Of a stretch of DNA of 64,000 bases, positions 11,562 through 25,099 are shown piece by piece (position 1 is the first letter of the stretch; each line of letters starts with the position of its first letter). The notes under the pieces are model-generated. The model was not told where the DNA came from. It made no database searches and was given only the letters and a program-made list of their open reading frames with translations. The position numbers and the translations under genes were made by a program. The stretch comes from the human T2T-CHM13v2.0 reference genome, Homo sapiens: assembly GCF_009914755.1 (NCBI RefSeq), contig NC_060928.1; one strand, written 5' to 3'.

Positions 11562-13901
11562 ACCGCTGCCAGGGAGAGGGCTCTGCGCTGGAGCCCCCTA
11601 CCCCTGCTGTGCATGCTTGGCTTGGCAGGGCTTGGGCCTCTGCTGGGCTCCCCTCGTTCCTTGTTCAGGGCCTGGCAATGTTTGCATCGGGGGGCCGTGT
11701 CCCTCTTCTCCTCCTCTCCATGAGGTCTTGGGACAGGCCCCAGGACGCTGAGCCCCAACTCTGCATGGTTCTAGGATACAGATGCTCTGCAAATGAATGT
11801 GAATGTGAATGTCCAGTGGTGGGTGCAGTGAGCAGAGTCAGCCTCTCACTCTCTGACTCCCCATTTTAATGAGCAATTATTTGGTACCCACGTGCGCTCT
11901 GTTAGGACTGGGGATGCTGCGATGCACAAGAAAGAGGCAGCCCTGTCCTCCGGGCTCAGTGTCCAGCCCTGGGCGCCATTTATTCCGTGACACCTGGTAG
12001 TGAATGCTGCTGGGAGAAGCTCAGGGTCTGCTTAGGCACCTGCCAGCCTCGCCATGTGGCTGAGCCTGAGCTGAGTCTGACCTATGAGCTGAACTCCTCC
12101 TTTGGGCAGGAAGCCCCCTTCTGCGTGCTGCAGATGGGTCAGGGTGGGCCTGGAGTGGAGCGGCTGTGGCTCACAGGGGTCTGAAGTGTGGTGGTATTCT
12201 GGGCTTTGCCCTGAAGCAGGGACATGTCTGTGACCAGGTGTTGAGCCCGAGAGTCTCTGATGGCACGTGGGCTTTGGAGTGACTGCAGCGTCTGGGACTG
12301 TGTGCAGAGAGGATGGATGCTGGTGCTTGAGAGAGGCCTGTGGCTGCATTATTTAGACTAGAGATGGACATGGAGAAGTGACATTCCCAAACTCTTCCAG
12401 CCACTCCTTCCCCTCTGGTACCCACAGAGCCAGCACAGCAATTCACAAAAATACAGCCCGGGGGGTTGGAGGAACCTGACCCACTGCAGGTGGGAGACCA
12501 TGCTCTGAAGCTGGGCAGCGTGCTGGGAGTGCAGGCTGTGTTCAGAACAGACACCCGCCAAGGGGGCGACTGGAGGGGACCCAGCCCTCGCTCCACCCTC
12601 AGGCTGCTGTTGGCCTCAACAGAGTGAGGAAACAGTTCCACCTGCCACAGTGAAACTGGGATGGCAGGTGCCCCGGGTAGCCCAGAGCCGCGGCCAGAAC
12701 CATGTGTGATATTGCGGTGGTTGTGAGTCCACCTGGAGTTGTGGGGAGGGCGCTGACCGTGCAGACGCATCCCCTCCACCCGCCCCAGGCTCCCCAGCTC
12801 GCCAGGGCCGCAGGCCGGTGCCTTGGAGGCTTGGCTGGGACAGGAGTGGAGAGCAGGTGTACCCCACAGCGTGGCCTCCCTGGGTGGGTTCACAGTCTTG
12901 ATATTTCATTGACGAAATGAGTGTTCCCTTTTCTGGAGAAACAGGTGATATGTGGGGTTTTTAGGAAGAAAAACAGAAAAGATAGGCCTGTGAGGTGACA
13001 GGAGAGGTGGCGAAATCCTGAGGGGCTTCTCCTCCTAGACCGACTGTCCTCCCTTTTCTTTGAAATCAAGAGAGCCCATCTGACTCCTGCTAAGTAGCCC
13101 TAAGAGGCATTCTAGTGGCCCTGCCTGGAGGGCCCTGTGAGCCAAGCCTTGGCCACACATGGCATCCTCTTTACCCAGCATGCACCTGAGTGGGAGCCAC
13201 AGACTTTCCTGAGTGGCAGGTGTGGCAAGGACACAGCGTCTGCGACCCTGAGAACAGGAGCGTGCGCTCCTCTTACAGAATGAATAGTCCACTCATTGTG
13301 CTCACCACACAGGGGTCTTCGCTGCACAGGGATGGCACAGCCCCGGGAGGGAGCTAGGGCACAAGAATGCTGCCAGGCAGGGCTGGGCTCGGTCAGCAGG
13401 GAAGGAAAGAGCTGGGTGGTGGGATTCTGCCTGGAGAACGGTGGCCTCTAGGCGGAGGTCGGCCGGGAGGCCCAGGAAACCTGGGTGGCATCTGGGGAGA
13501 TCTGGACATGTGGAGTCGGCATCCGGCAGGGATCAAGGGCTCTGGAGAGTTTGGAGAGGTCGGGGGAGCCGAGAGGGATGGTCCTGAATGTAACGTTGAC
13601 CATTGGTGAGCCAGAGAGGAGTCTGCTGAGGCTCTGCCTGTCCATATTTGAAAGTTTAACTTTGGGCCAGCACTCAGGGGCTTCCCTGGAGCCGTAGGGA
13701 AGGGTCTCCTGAGCCTCGGTGGTGGGGAGGGCACTACTGAGAAACTGACATCCTTGTGGGAACACAGAGCTGGGTGTCCTGGAGAGAACCCAGGGAAATG
13801 CTGGATGCTGCCAGAACAGAGGAGGGTGTGCTCAGCAACGAGAGAGAACGCTGGCAACGGCGACCTTTGTCACGCTGGATGGTTCTGCCTCTCCCCGCTC
13901 A

Positions 13902-15014
13902 TCCACCTGACGCCGTTCAGACCTGTATCCCCACTGCGGACACCCCTGACGTTGTTCAGACCTGTATCCCCACTGCGGACACCCCTGACGCTGTTCAGAC
14001 CTGTATCCCCACTGCGGACACCCCTGGCTGCTGTTCAGACCTGTATCCCCACTGCGGACACCCCTGACGCCGTTCAGACCTGTATCCCCACCGTGGACAC
14101 CCCTGGCTACTGTTCAGACCTGTATCCCCACTGCGGACACCCCTGACGCTGTTCAGACCTGTATCCCCGCTGCGGACACCCCTGACGCTGTTCAGACCTG
14201 TATCCCCACTGCGGACACCCCTGACGCTGTTCAGACCTGTATCCCCGCTGCGGACACCCCTGACGCTGTTCAGACCTGTATCCCCGCTGCGGACACCCCT
14301 GACGCTGTTCAGACCTGTATCCCCACTGCGGACACCCCTGGCTGCTGTTCAGACCTGTATCCCCACTGCGGACACCCCTGACGCCGTTCAGACCTGTATC
14401 CCCACCGCGGACACCCCTGGCTACTGTTCAGACCTGTATCCCCACTGCGGACACCCCTGACGCTGTTCAGACCTGTATCCCCGCCGCGGACACCCCTGAC
14501 GCTGTTCAGACCTGTATCCCCACCGCGGACACCCCTGACGCTGTTCAGACCTGTATCCCCACTGCGGACACCCCTGACGCTGTTCAGACCTGTATCCCCA
14601 CTGCGGACACCCCTGACGCTGTTCAGACCTGTATCCCCACCGCGGACACCCCTGACGCTGTTCAGACCTGTATCCCCACTGCGGACACCCCTGACGCTGT
14701 TCAGACCTGTATCCCCACTGCGGACACCCCTGGCTGCTGTTCAGACCTGTATCCCCACTGCGGACACCCCTGACGCTGTTCAGACCTGTATCCCCGCTGC
14801 GGACACCCCTGGCTGCAGTTCAGACCTGTATCCCCACTGCGGACACCCCTGACGCTGTTCAGACCTGTATCCCCGCTGCGGACACCCCTGACGCTGTTCA
14901 GACCTGTATCCCCGCTGCGGACACCCCTGGCTGCTGTTCAGACCTGTATCCCCACTGCGGACACCCCTGGCTGCTGTTCAGACCTGTATCCCCGCCGCGG
15001 ACACCCCTGGCTGC

Positions 15015-15016
<2 letters not shown>
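13902..15016. repeat. 39/40-bp VNTR minisatellite, 28 full copies plus a partial
   Basis: Unit cacccctgacgctgttcagacctgtatccccactgcgga (20 copies); 40-bp variant with tggctgctg/tggctactg head (8 copies). Counted by eye. Confidence 0.98.
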
Positions 15017-15748
<732 letters not shown>

Positions 15749-15883
15749 AAAGCACCTACTGTACATGGGGTCCCAGGCCAGCAATGCCCACGTGTCTTCC
15801 AAGGGGCTTACAACGTCCTGGGAGGGAGTATTCCTGTGTTTCCGTACCCTCTTGGGAAACTGAGGCCAAAAGAATTAGAGTCT

Positions 15884-16089
15884 CCAGGGGGTGGGGGGCC
15901 AGGGGAGGGAGAGCATTACGACAAATACCTAATGAATGCAGGGCTTAAATCCTAGATGACGGGTTGATGGGTGCAGCAAACCACCATGGCACATGTATAC
16001 CTATGTAACAAACCTGCACGTTCTGCACATGTATCCCAGAACTTAAAGTGAAAAAACAAACAAACAAAAAACCAAACAAAAACAAAAAC
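15884..16089 (+). mobile_element. 5'-truncated L1PA (L1PA6-8-like) 3' end inserted into a MIR remnant
   Basis: gggttgatgggtgcagcaaaccaccatggcacatgtatacctatgtaacaaacctgcacgttctgcacatgtatcccagaacttaaagt plus A-rich tail; flanked by gagtct on both sides; gaaactgaggc MIR motif upstream. Confidence 0.93.
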
Positions 16090-16903
16090 GAGTCTTTCAG
16101 AAAGTAGCCGATTCAAAATTCAAATGCACGTCTTCAAAGCCCAGGCTCTCCTGTATCTACAGATGTTATTTTCTGACTTACTTTCTTCGAGCATTTAAGT
16201 GTTTTTACCTCTCTTTGCTTGCCTGGTGTTTCCTAGAAAACACAGTGCAATAAGTATCAACATATGATGGGAGGCAGCTTAAAGTTATCCATCCCAGCGG
16301 TCCCGGTAATCTACTCTCAAAAACCTTCCCACAGCTCGCGTCCCTGCGCCGGCAGATCGCCGCTGAGTCTGAACGTATTTTCCGAGGTGATCGATTTAGG
16401 TGTGCTGAGAATTACATCTCTGTCTTCCCACAAAAGGCCACTGTATCTGTCACCCGACTTTTACATTTTCACATTTCTTCATTTGGAGAACCAAAGTAAC
16501 CTGCGTGGTATCAAGTTTATCTTCCTCCTATTTTATGAATTCCTTTGTCACAGGGCCCAGCCGGAGCGGCCTGCTGGGGATCAAGGTGGTGTTGCCGTGG
16601 GAAGGAACGCTGTCCAGGGAAGCCAGTCTCTAGCAAGATTTGTGGAACAGAGAGGAGGCCGGGCTTATAAGGATAGAAAGGGCTTTGGGCAGAAGGTGCT
16701 GACTCCAGTGTGGAAATACCAGGAACAGGAAGGCCTCTGCACCTGGGGAGCTCTGCAAGCAATTCCTCTCCTTTCTAACCTCCTCCGTTCTGATCCCAGT
16801 TTAAAAGCTAAAAAACAAAATGATCCTCTCTTTAGAGAACTCTGAGCTGGGCGGGCATTTACAAGTTAAACGACAGCCTGAGGCCATCTTCACAACACAC
16901 ACC

Positions 16904-17051
16904 ACCTCCTGCACCCAGCCCTCCTGCACCCAGCCTCCCTCCTGCACCCAGCCCCGCTCCTGTACCCAGCCTGCCTCCTCCATGCAGCCCACCTCCTCCA
17001 TGCGGCCTGTCTCCTGCATCCAGCCCACCTCCTCCACACAGCCTGCCTCCT
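16904..17051. repeat. Degenerate ~18-bp minisatellite (cctcctgcacccagcc core), ~8 copies
   Basis: Directly visible. Confidence 0.88.
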
Positions 17052-18423
17052 TAAGGCCTCCTGGCTTTCCTTCTTTTTCATTTATTTGCACCCCTGTGCG
17101 TTGCCTGCTGTCCCTGCTGCCCAGGCCCTCCCCAACATGTCAGGACTTCTGGCTGATTCCTGCAGGGCAGACTGTCTGTTCATCCTCAGGGGGCGTTTGT
17201 TGAGTGAATGAACAAGAGATGTAGGAGTCTGGTCACCTGTCCTGTGCCCACACACCCTCCTGAGGGTCTCACTCCACACGGCACACACTCCCACTTTCGT
17301 TTGCTCACCTTCCAGGACATCACAGCCCTCCTGGGGCTCCTGCAGCCTTCGGTCCCCAGATGAGATCCAGGTCTGGTCTAAGCCAGCATGCCCCTCCCAT
17401 CGCCCTGGGCAGCTGTGTCTCAGTCACTCAGACTCCACATTACCAGGAGCATGCTGCTTAGGGTGGATAGTTCCCAGGCAGAGCCCCTGGGCCATCCCAG
17501 CCAAGGCCCCGGAGTTGCCTCCACAACTATCCCGTCACACCAGGGCTGGCTCAGGCTCTGCTGAGGCTACTCCACCCACACCAGGTTGGCTCTGTGGGCC
17601 CCACCCCTCACCTGGAGCCCCAGGGCCCCCTGCCGGGCCTCATGTCTGCCTTTGGGGCCCCATGGGAAGCCATCTCCTCTAGCTTCTCCCTGGCGGCTCT
17701 TGTTATTTGATATCAACAACACACTCTTGTTATTTTTCCTAACAATGGAAAACACGGGAAGGAAACGGAGGTTGTGGGGTCGGGTGGCTTCAGGTTGTAC
17801 CGGCCAGGCCGTGTGGACCCAGCAGAGGGTGGGAGCTGAGGCTCAGGCCTGGCACCCCTAGAAGGGCAGCTTCCCTGGGGGTGGCTAGATGCAGCTAGCA
17901 GGTGCCCACTGTGGGCCCAGGGGAGCCCGATGAGGCTCCCAGTGGCAGGAGGGAGAGACGTGTGGAGGGAGGATGCCAGGGTGAAAGGAACCTGGGAGAG
18001 AAAGGACTGAGTAGGGAGGCTCAGGGCGGGTAGACAGGCTCTGGGATGTGGCACCATGGGGCTTCCTCTGTGCTGGCCACAGGGAAATGCCCTAAACCCA
18101 GCGGGCTGGGGGCACCCCATGCCTGCATCCTGGCACCCTCACTGTGGTGGCCTGTTAGCTTGAGCCTGACATCAGGCCCTGCATACCGAAGCCCACGGAT
18201 GTCACCCACAGCACAGCCTGGGGATGGCAACTCCAGACTGAAGCGTCCCTTTGTCTCTGTTGGTTGCTGGAGCCCCTCGTGCGCGTGACAGGGACCTGCA
18301 GCACCTGCCTCCTGAGGCCTCTCCCATAGGTTCTTCTGCTGTTGGGAACAAGCCCCGTCCAGTGGAGGGGGGCCCTCCAGTGGCCCTGCCCTCCTGTCCC
18401 AGGTCACAGCCCAACCTGAGGGC

Positions 18424-18524
18424 TGGCCCACAGTCAGCTGGGTCCTCACTGCTGCTGTTGGAGCGCCCGCCAGGTTGGCCCACAGTCAGCTGGGTCCTCA
18501 CTGCTGCTGTTGGAGCGCCCGCAG
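18424..18524. repeat. 52-bp tandem duplication, 2 copies
   Basis: ggcccacagtcagctgggtcctcactgctgctgttggagcgcccgc at 18425 and 18477. Confidence 0.93.
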
Positions 18525-18761
18525 GCCAGCTGGGCCACTATTTGCAGAACCAGGTGGACAGATGGAGGGGTCTTCCAGCCTCCACCACACACGGGGCAGG
18601 ATGCGGCCTCCAGGACCCCCTGGCCCTGGACAGGGTCACTGGGCCTGAGTCCCGTGTCTTGCAAGAAGGTCCCATTCAGGGACCCTGATGCCTGTTCCTG
18701 CGGGACCCGAGGCTGAGCTATCTCCTTGTACCCCAGCTGAGAGCGCTGATAATGTGGAGCC

Positions 18762-19192
18762 TGTGGTAGCTTCCCGGGGCTGCCAGAACAGATGACCCCA
18801 GACCTGACTGCTTCAAACAGTAGAGAATTATTCTCTCCCAGAAGCCTGGAAGTCGGAAATCACGGTGTCTGCAAGGCATGCTCCCCCTGGAGCCTCCAAA
18901 GGAGGATCCCTCCTGGCTCTTCCGGCTTCTAGTGGCTCCAGGTGTGCGTGCCCCCAGCCTCTACAGCTGCCCTCCCATGGTGTTTTCTTCCTGGATCATC
19001 TCGTCTGTCTCTCGTGAGGACACATGTGCTTGGATTTAGAGCCCACTTGGATAGTCCATGATATAATCTCATCATTAAGATCTTTAACTTAATTACATCT
19101 GCTAAGATCCTTTCTCCAAATAAGGTCACATTCAGAAACTCTGATTGGGATGTGGACAGGTCTTTTGGGTGGGTCACTATTCAACCCTCTAC
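18762..19192 (-). mobile_element. MLT1C-like solo LTR
   Basis: ggggctgcc...gaggacacatgtgcttggatttagagccca...ttaacttaattacatctgc...ccaaataaggtcacattc...actattcaaccc. Confidence 0.87.
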
Positions 19193-21176
19193 CGACCTCA
19201 GCGGGAAGCGGCTGCATTTGCAGGCTGCCTGTCTACGGGGTGTTCCCAGCCCCAGTGCAGCCCTGTCTCCTACCTCTCCGAGGGCCAGCCCTGCAGAGCA
19301 CAAAGCCCACCCTCCCGGGTGGTAACGATGTGACTCACCCTCCATGTGCGTGCTCAGGGGACCCCTGCAGGACCCCTCCCTGCACCAAGAAGCCCACCCT
19401 AAGGAGATCTGCAAAGCCACTGGCATTGATCAGCTATGGAAGCCTTCTCTGGGTAATAAATCGAAGTTCTGTTTTCACAAGCTGTCTGTTACATTCCCTT
19501 GGCCCACAGTCACCAGAAGATACTGAAGTGGGCTGTGTTATCCCCATCCTACAGCAGAAGGGGTGGCTCCTGGATAATGCTGTGACTCCCTGTTGGGGAG
19601 TGGGGCCCAGACCTCCACTTCCCCCTCCCCTTGTCTGGGCTGCCCTCAGAATTGTCTCTAGCATGGACACCAGGGTGGTGGCTTGTTGAATGCAATGTAA
19701 ATTGTAAGGAAAAATATGACATGGAGCTCTTTAAATTCTCTCTCCTTTGCCTGCACTAGAGAGAGCGCGCTGCATGCACCTGGCCTCTGCACTTCTACCA
19801 TCTGGGGATCACCAGCCTGCAGGGCAGCTGCATGCTAATCTCAGCTTCCCCTAGACTCACGTAGCGGTGATAGACGGGGCCTCTTCTGAGGACCTCAGAG
19901 CCGCCTTGGTGGGACTTGGCTCCCCCGCCTCCAGCCCCATGCTGTCTGGCCATCCTCTTCTCTGCATCTCTTTCTCTCAATTAATCCCCAGCAGCTACGG
20001 TACCGAGGGCTCTGGCTGTGTGCTCTCTGCGCTTTAATTAGGGGTCACTGTGAACAGTATTATTTCCCAGGCTTGCCATGATTCTATTAAAATTTTCTTT
20101 TGTAGACATCAGGCATAGCCTGATGTCTACAAAGGAACGAAGGAAGCAGGAATCCAGGGCAGAGCCGCTCGCTCATCAGCAAGTGCTGGGCTTTCTTCCC
20201 TGTCACCGCCTCCAGGAGCATAGCCCTGCGATGGCCAGTAGGTTTCAGCATTTAAGGTAATGCGCATCTCCCGGTACCTGAGCCCTGTGCTAGGAGAGGT
20301 TCTGAAATTAAGGCAATCTTGGCAGCCAGGAGTGTGGTCATCAACTAGTGACCAGTCTGCCATGGTCTCAGGCAAGGGCCAGGCTCCCGTGGGCCGGCTG
20401 TCTGCTCTCCCCTGTCAAGTCCTTCAGTTCTGCCGTCCTGTTTTGCAGTTGCCAAGGCATTGTTTCCAGCCCAGAAAAGCTCAATGAGGTTCAGAAAGCG
20501 GCCGCAGTTGTGCAGTCTGTGGAGAGAGTCCTGCTCCTGACAAACAGAGGACTCTGAGCTGGGTCAAGGGCTGAGATCCTGGGGATCAGCCTCAGTCTCA
20601 GGCTGAGGGATGAGGTCAGAGAAGGAGCACTTGTCCCCATGAGCGCCGCCTGGCTACTGCATGTGGTGCAGGTGCCCCCTCTACCTGGGCTCGACACACC
20701 CACTCTTGCTGGTGCAGACACTGCCTCCTGCAGACCCTCTACCACATTTCCCAGAGCATCCTCCACAGCGACTTTCCCAGACCTTCCCTGCCTCTGTCCC
20801 CAGGACCTCCTTCCACTCACCAGGACAGGAACGGCCATCTCATTGACAGATGTGGAAATGGGGGATCCATGAGGTGGAGGGACCCACGAGTGTCTCAGCC
20901 AAGACGGGCACGTGTCCGTCACTGGCCATGGCAGACATGGCCGCCCTATTGTCCGCAGTCAAATACATCCTGAATGCTTCCTGTTGCTCCTGTCTTCTGA
21001 GCACTTGGATGAGATGAGATCCTTGCATCTTAAATTCGTTTATAAAGCTGTTTCATAAATGAGCCTGGTTTACATGCTTAAACTTCTGAGGCAGCTAAGT
21101 CCCCCTGTGCCATTTGACAGGTCCGCACTTGCTTGGACTACCATAAATGGTCACTAGCTACATTTACGTATTCGTG

Positions 21177-21290
21177 CTTTTTCATTCATTCATTCAACGT
21201 TTACTAATCATTTAAGGAGCACCTCCTATACGGTCAGTAGCATGCTAAGGCTGGGGATACCTTCATGAACCCACATTCTAGTTGGGGATA
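21177..21290 (-). mobile_element. L2 3' end fragment
   Basis: ttcattcattcattcaac...gagcacctcctat...gctggggatac. Confidence 0.7.
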
Positions 21291-23344
21291 TGGTCGCTAA
21301 CCAAATGGTTGCACAGACAGCAAGATGGAGGCTGAAATCCGTGCAACGCCGGAGCCAAAAGCTGGTTCTCTGGACCCTCTCATTTGGTTCCTTGACCTTC
21401 TGTCTTTGGGTGCTGGGTGGCAGGAAGCTGGAACTGGTTGCCTAGAGTCATGTTCTCTGGGCTCTTACTCCTTAAATTCCTTCCACTCTTTCAGATGCTG
21501 CCATTTCCAAGCACCCTAAACCCACTTCCTAATTTGTGGCTGCGTCGTCGCTGGTGCCTTCTTGAATTGATTTGCCGCTCCCTGTGTTGCTTTTCGAGTT
21601 CCTTGGCTGCTTGAGTTCTCAGTCGTTGCTGGTGTCTAGGCAGCATTTACAATTTCAAAGGATCTCTTGAAGGTGTGAATAATTTCTCAAGATGTCTCTC
21701 GGTGGTAAATAATCCATGTAAACTGTCCCCGGCCCTCCTGGCCCCTGCAGATGTTATCTGGTATCTGGATATCTGTATTTTAAATGGTCCCAGACAGTGT
21801 TCTAATGCAAACAAGGTGACAAGTCTGTTATTTAGAGTTTGAAAATCCTGTCTGTGCATGAAAATCAATGCATGTAATTTCTGAATCAAAATAATCGCAC
21901 ATAATTTAGGTAAATGCTGCATTTCTGATGTTCACAGACGGAGTCGTGTTTTGGAAAACACAAATGCCTGACAAACCCCTGTCAAAAGCCCTGTTCATCA
22001 GGAAAATACTTGTGAGTTGTGGTTCCTATTCTCTGGTGTGACTGGGGCTGGGTGAGTGGTGACCAGGACACTGACAGGGCTCTGGAGCCACAAGGAGGGG
22101 CATTCCAGCAGAGAAGGGTGTCCTGTGGCTAGGCGGATGGTGAATGCCAGGCTGGGTTCTCCTTCTATAGGTGGAGGGTTGGAACAGGAGGCTGGTGTTG
22201 TATTTCAGGTCTAGAAAGATCTCCAGACAGCAGGAGGAGTCTGATAAAAGGGCACAAGATCACAGGCCTGGAGATCAGCGGGAGGGCCCTGGGCTGACAC
22301 CCCAGGGGCCTGGCTGGCTGGGGAGGGGTGCTGGCCTTGTTGCCTTCTGCAGAAGGGCCCAGGGGCCTCTCCCGGCTTCTCGATGCTCTAAGCATCGCCT
22401 GCCTCTGAGGTGGCTTTGGGAGCTCCTTCTTCACCCTCCTCTTGTGGAAAAGACCATCTCCCTTCTGACTCGGCCTGGGGGGAGCTCAACACAGCTCAGG
22501 ACAGTGCGGGGTCCCAGCCTGCCTCCCTCTGCCAGGCCTGGTCCAGTGTAGGGGGTGAGGCTGTCAAGGGCAGCCTTCCTTGAGGGAAGGGCAGAGCTGA
22601 GGACTACCCTAGATCATGGAGCTCAACCATAAGAAAGGTCTCTGCCCCAGGAGGATTTGGTCTTTTAGAGCCTTTGTCCTAGGGACCATGCTAGCACCCC
22701 AGAATTGCCACTGCCAGGGAGGGGGGCTGCCTTGGAGCTTAGAGACCACCTTTCCTTGAAGGAGGGAGAGGGAGGACCGGCAGGGGTGAGGATGGCAGAC
22801 ATGCAGAGAAAACAGACAGACAGATGGCTCCTCAGATAGCTCAGTTCCCAGTTCCATGCACCGTCCGTCCTGGCCCCAGCAGGGGTATCCAGTGAAATGG
22901 GGGCAGGTTGTTTGCAGGTGAACACTGGCCAGTGTGTGTAATGGCTATGCCTGTGAGGCCCTCTCTCCGGCTGGCTGGCATCTCCGTGCCCCAGGTCATC
23001 TCCCTCGGGGTGTCCCTGCTGCACTCCTCCCAGGCCTGCTTCTCCCTGGGCACTGCCCTGCTTCCTCTGTGCCCTCTGCCCATGCCTTAGCCTCCAGACC
23101 ACCGTCTCCTCCTAGGGACGTACCTGGCACGTGGCAAAGGCTCCACAAAGGCTGGTCTTTGTTCTTACCAGCTGCCCAGCGGCTGGTCTCGCCCCTCCTC
23201 TCTGTCCCTGCCCTGCCGCCCTTCCTGTGGCTTCCTGAAACCTTCTGCTCTTTTCCCTTTGCCTTCCCTTGGGACATAAACCATATCCACTCCCCGGCTC
23301 TCCTGCCATCTCTCTCCTCTCCCCTCCTCCAGTTCTAAGTTCCC

Positions 23345-23715
23345 TGTACCCTGAGCCTTCCTGATGTCCTCTGAACACAGGGCACTGATTTTCCCTTCCA
23401 GGCCTTGGCACATGCTGTTCCCTTTGCCCTCTCACCTGAGTAACCCATGCTCAGCCTCCAGCATGGGTTACTCGTAGCTAACCCATCCTCCAGGAAGCCA
23501 GTTGTGGTGCTGGGTGGCCCTGAGGCTGCACTGGGCTGGGGCACCCCACCCCTACTCCTGCAGCAGCTCTATGCCCCTGTCATGGAGTCCCGGTCTCAAG
23601 GACCCTGCATGAGCATGCCCCTCTCTGCAGGCAGGTGCAGCGGCTGCACTTTTCATGCTGGTGTCCCCAGATGCCCAGGCACCAGCACGCGGCATGGCGT
23701 AAGCAGCTGCTCATT
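23345..23715 (+). mobile_element. Degraded L2 fragment
   Basis: ggccttggcacatgctgttccctttgcc...cctccaggaagcc...gtgtccccagatgcccaggcac. Confidence 0.6.
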
Positions 23716-24424
23716 TCACGCTGCTGACTGAATCCATGCAGAGGGAACACCTTGGCTAGGACCTCTCTGGATTGACTTCTTCACTTTGACCACCTGGCCA
23801 GCAGGTCCCTTGACCTCTCTGAGCTTCTGTGATCTCATTTGTAACAGGAGATGATAGCGGACAAGGCTTGTGGTTATGAAACCTGTATTAAGTCTGCGTG
23901 ACCCATGCTCCTCTGAGCCCCTCTGCACAGCAGCCCACCCACCCCCCGTTAAGGCAGCTGTGGCTTGATCCCCATTTGTTGGGTAAGTGGGAGGGTGAGG
24001 GCTGGCTCAGGGCACCCATCAGGTCAGGAGGGGTAGAACTGGCCCAGATGCCACAGTGGCTGTCCAGGGCTGTGCTCCCAGCTGTGGGAAGGCAGACAGC
24101 AGGGGCTGCCTGGAGCAAGCCCAGTGCAGTGCCTGAGCACCATGAGTGTTGGCCACCACCCTTTCCATCCAGTCTTTGCCTCCTGGAGGCTGGGCAGGGC
24201 AGGGGCTAGAGATCCAGGGCCTCTTCCTCCTCCCTCCTTTTCTGGCCTATCTTCTGCCTCCAGATTCGCCCCAGGCTGAGCCCCATGGGCAAGGAATTAG
24301 GTCCCTCTCAAGAGACAGGTGCACGCTGCTGCTCCCAGCAGGCCCGACAGCCTGGCCCTCTCTCCAGAGCAGGGCTGCCCGCCTCCCGCCACCTGTAAAT
24401 ACATGATTTTTCTTGACATCTCCC

Positions 24425-24843
24425 GAGTCCTCCCTGCCTCGCCCAGCCCCCGGTAACTACCATTCTACTCTCTGCTTCTATGGATTCTGCTCTTTAAGAA
24501 GTTGAACCTATGAGGTCGCGCGGTATTTGTCTTTCTGTGCCTGGCTTGTTTCACTTAGCACCATGTCCACCAGGCCCATCCATGTTGCTGGGAATGACAG
24601 GGGTCGTCCCTTCTTCGTAAAGGCTGACTAGGATTCCGCGGTGTGGATACACCAGGGTTCTTCATGCATCATCTGTTGGTGATCCCCAGGAGGATTCCGG
24701 GTGAACGCAGGAGTGCAGGGACCTCTTCCACATTCTGATTTTATTTCCTTTTGCTATGTACCCAGCAGTGGGATTGCTGCATTTTATAATAGTTCTATTT
24801 CTAATTTTGAGGAACGTCTGTACTATTTTCCACAGTGGCTGTA
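24425..24843 (-). mobile_element. L1MA-type LINE-1 3' fragment
   Basis: ggtaactaccattctactctctgcttctatg...ggtatttgtctttctgtgcctggcttgtttcacttagca...tacccagcagtgggattgctg...ttttccacagtggctgta. Confidence 0.88.
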
Positions 24844-25099
24844 GTTCTGTAAATAATTAATGAATGAGTCCTTCCCCAGCCCCTTGGAGACTGGCTGCTG
24901 ACAAGCATACCTGAAGGAAATGGTTTTAAAAATGTAAATGAATGTTTTATTTAATAAGGAAGTCAAAATGCTTTCTTCTTAATACAGCCAGGCTTCCAGG
25001 AGTTAACAGCACCAGGGAGGAAGAAGGTACCATTTCCCGTGCACCTGCGGAGCCTCTGACCCCAGGGCAGGCCCGGACTCCTCATCTCCCATATTACCT

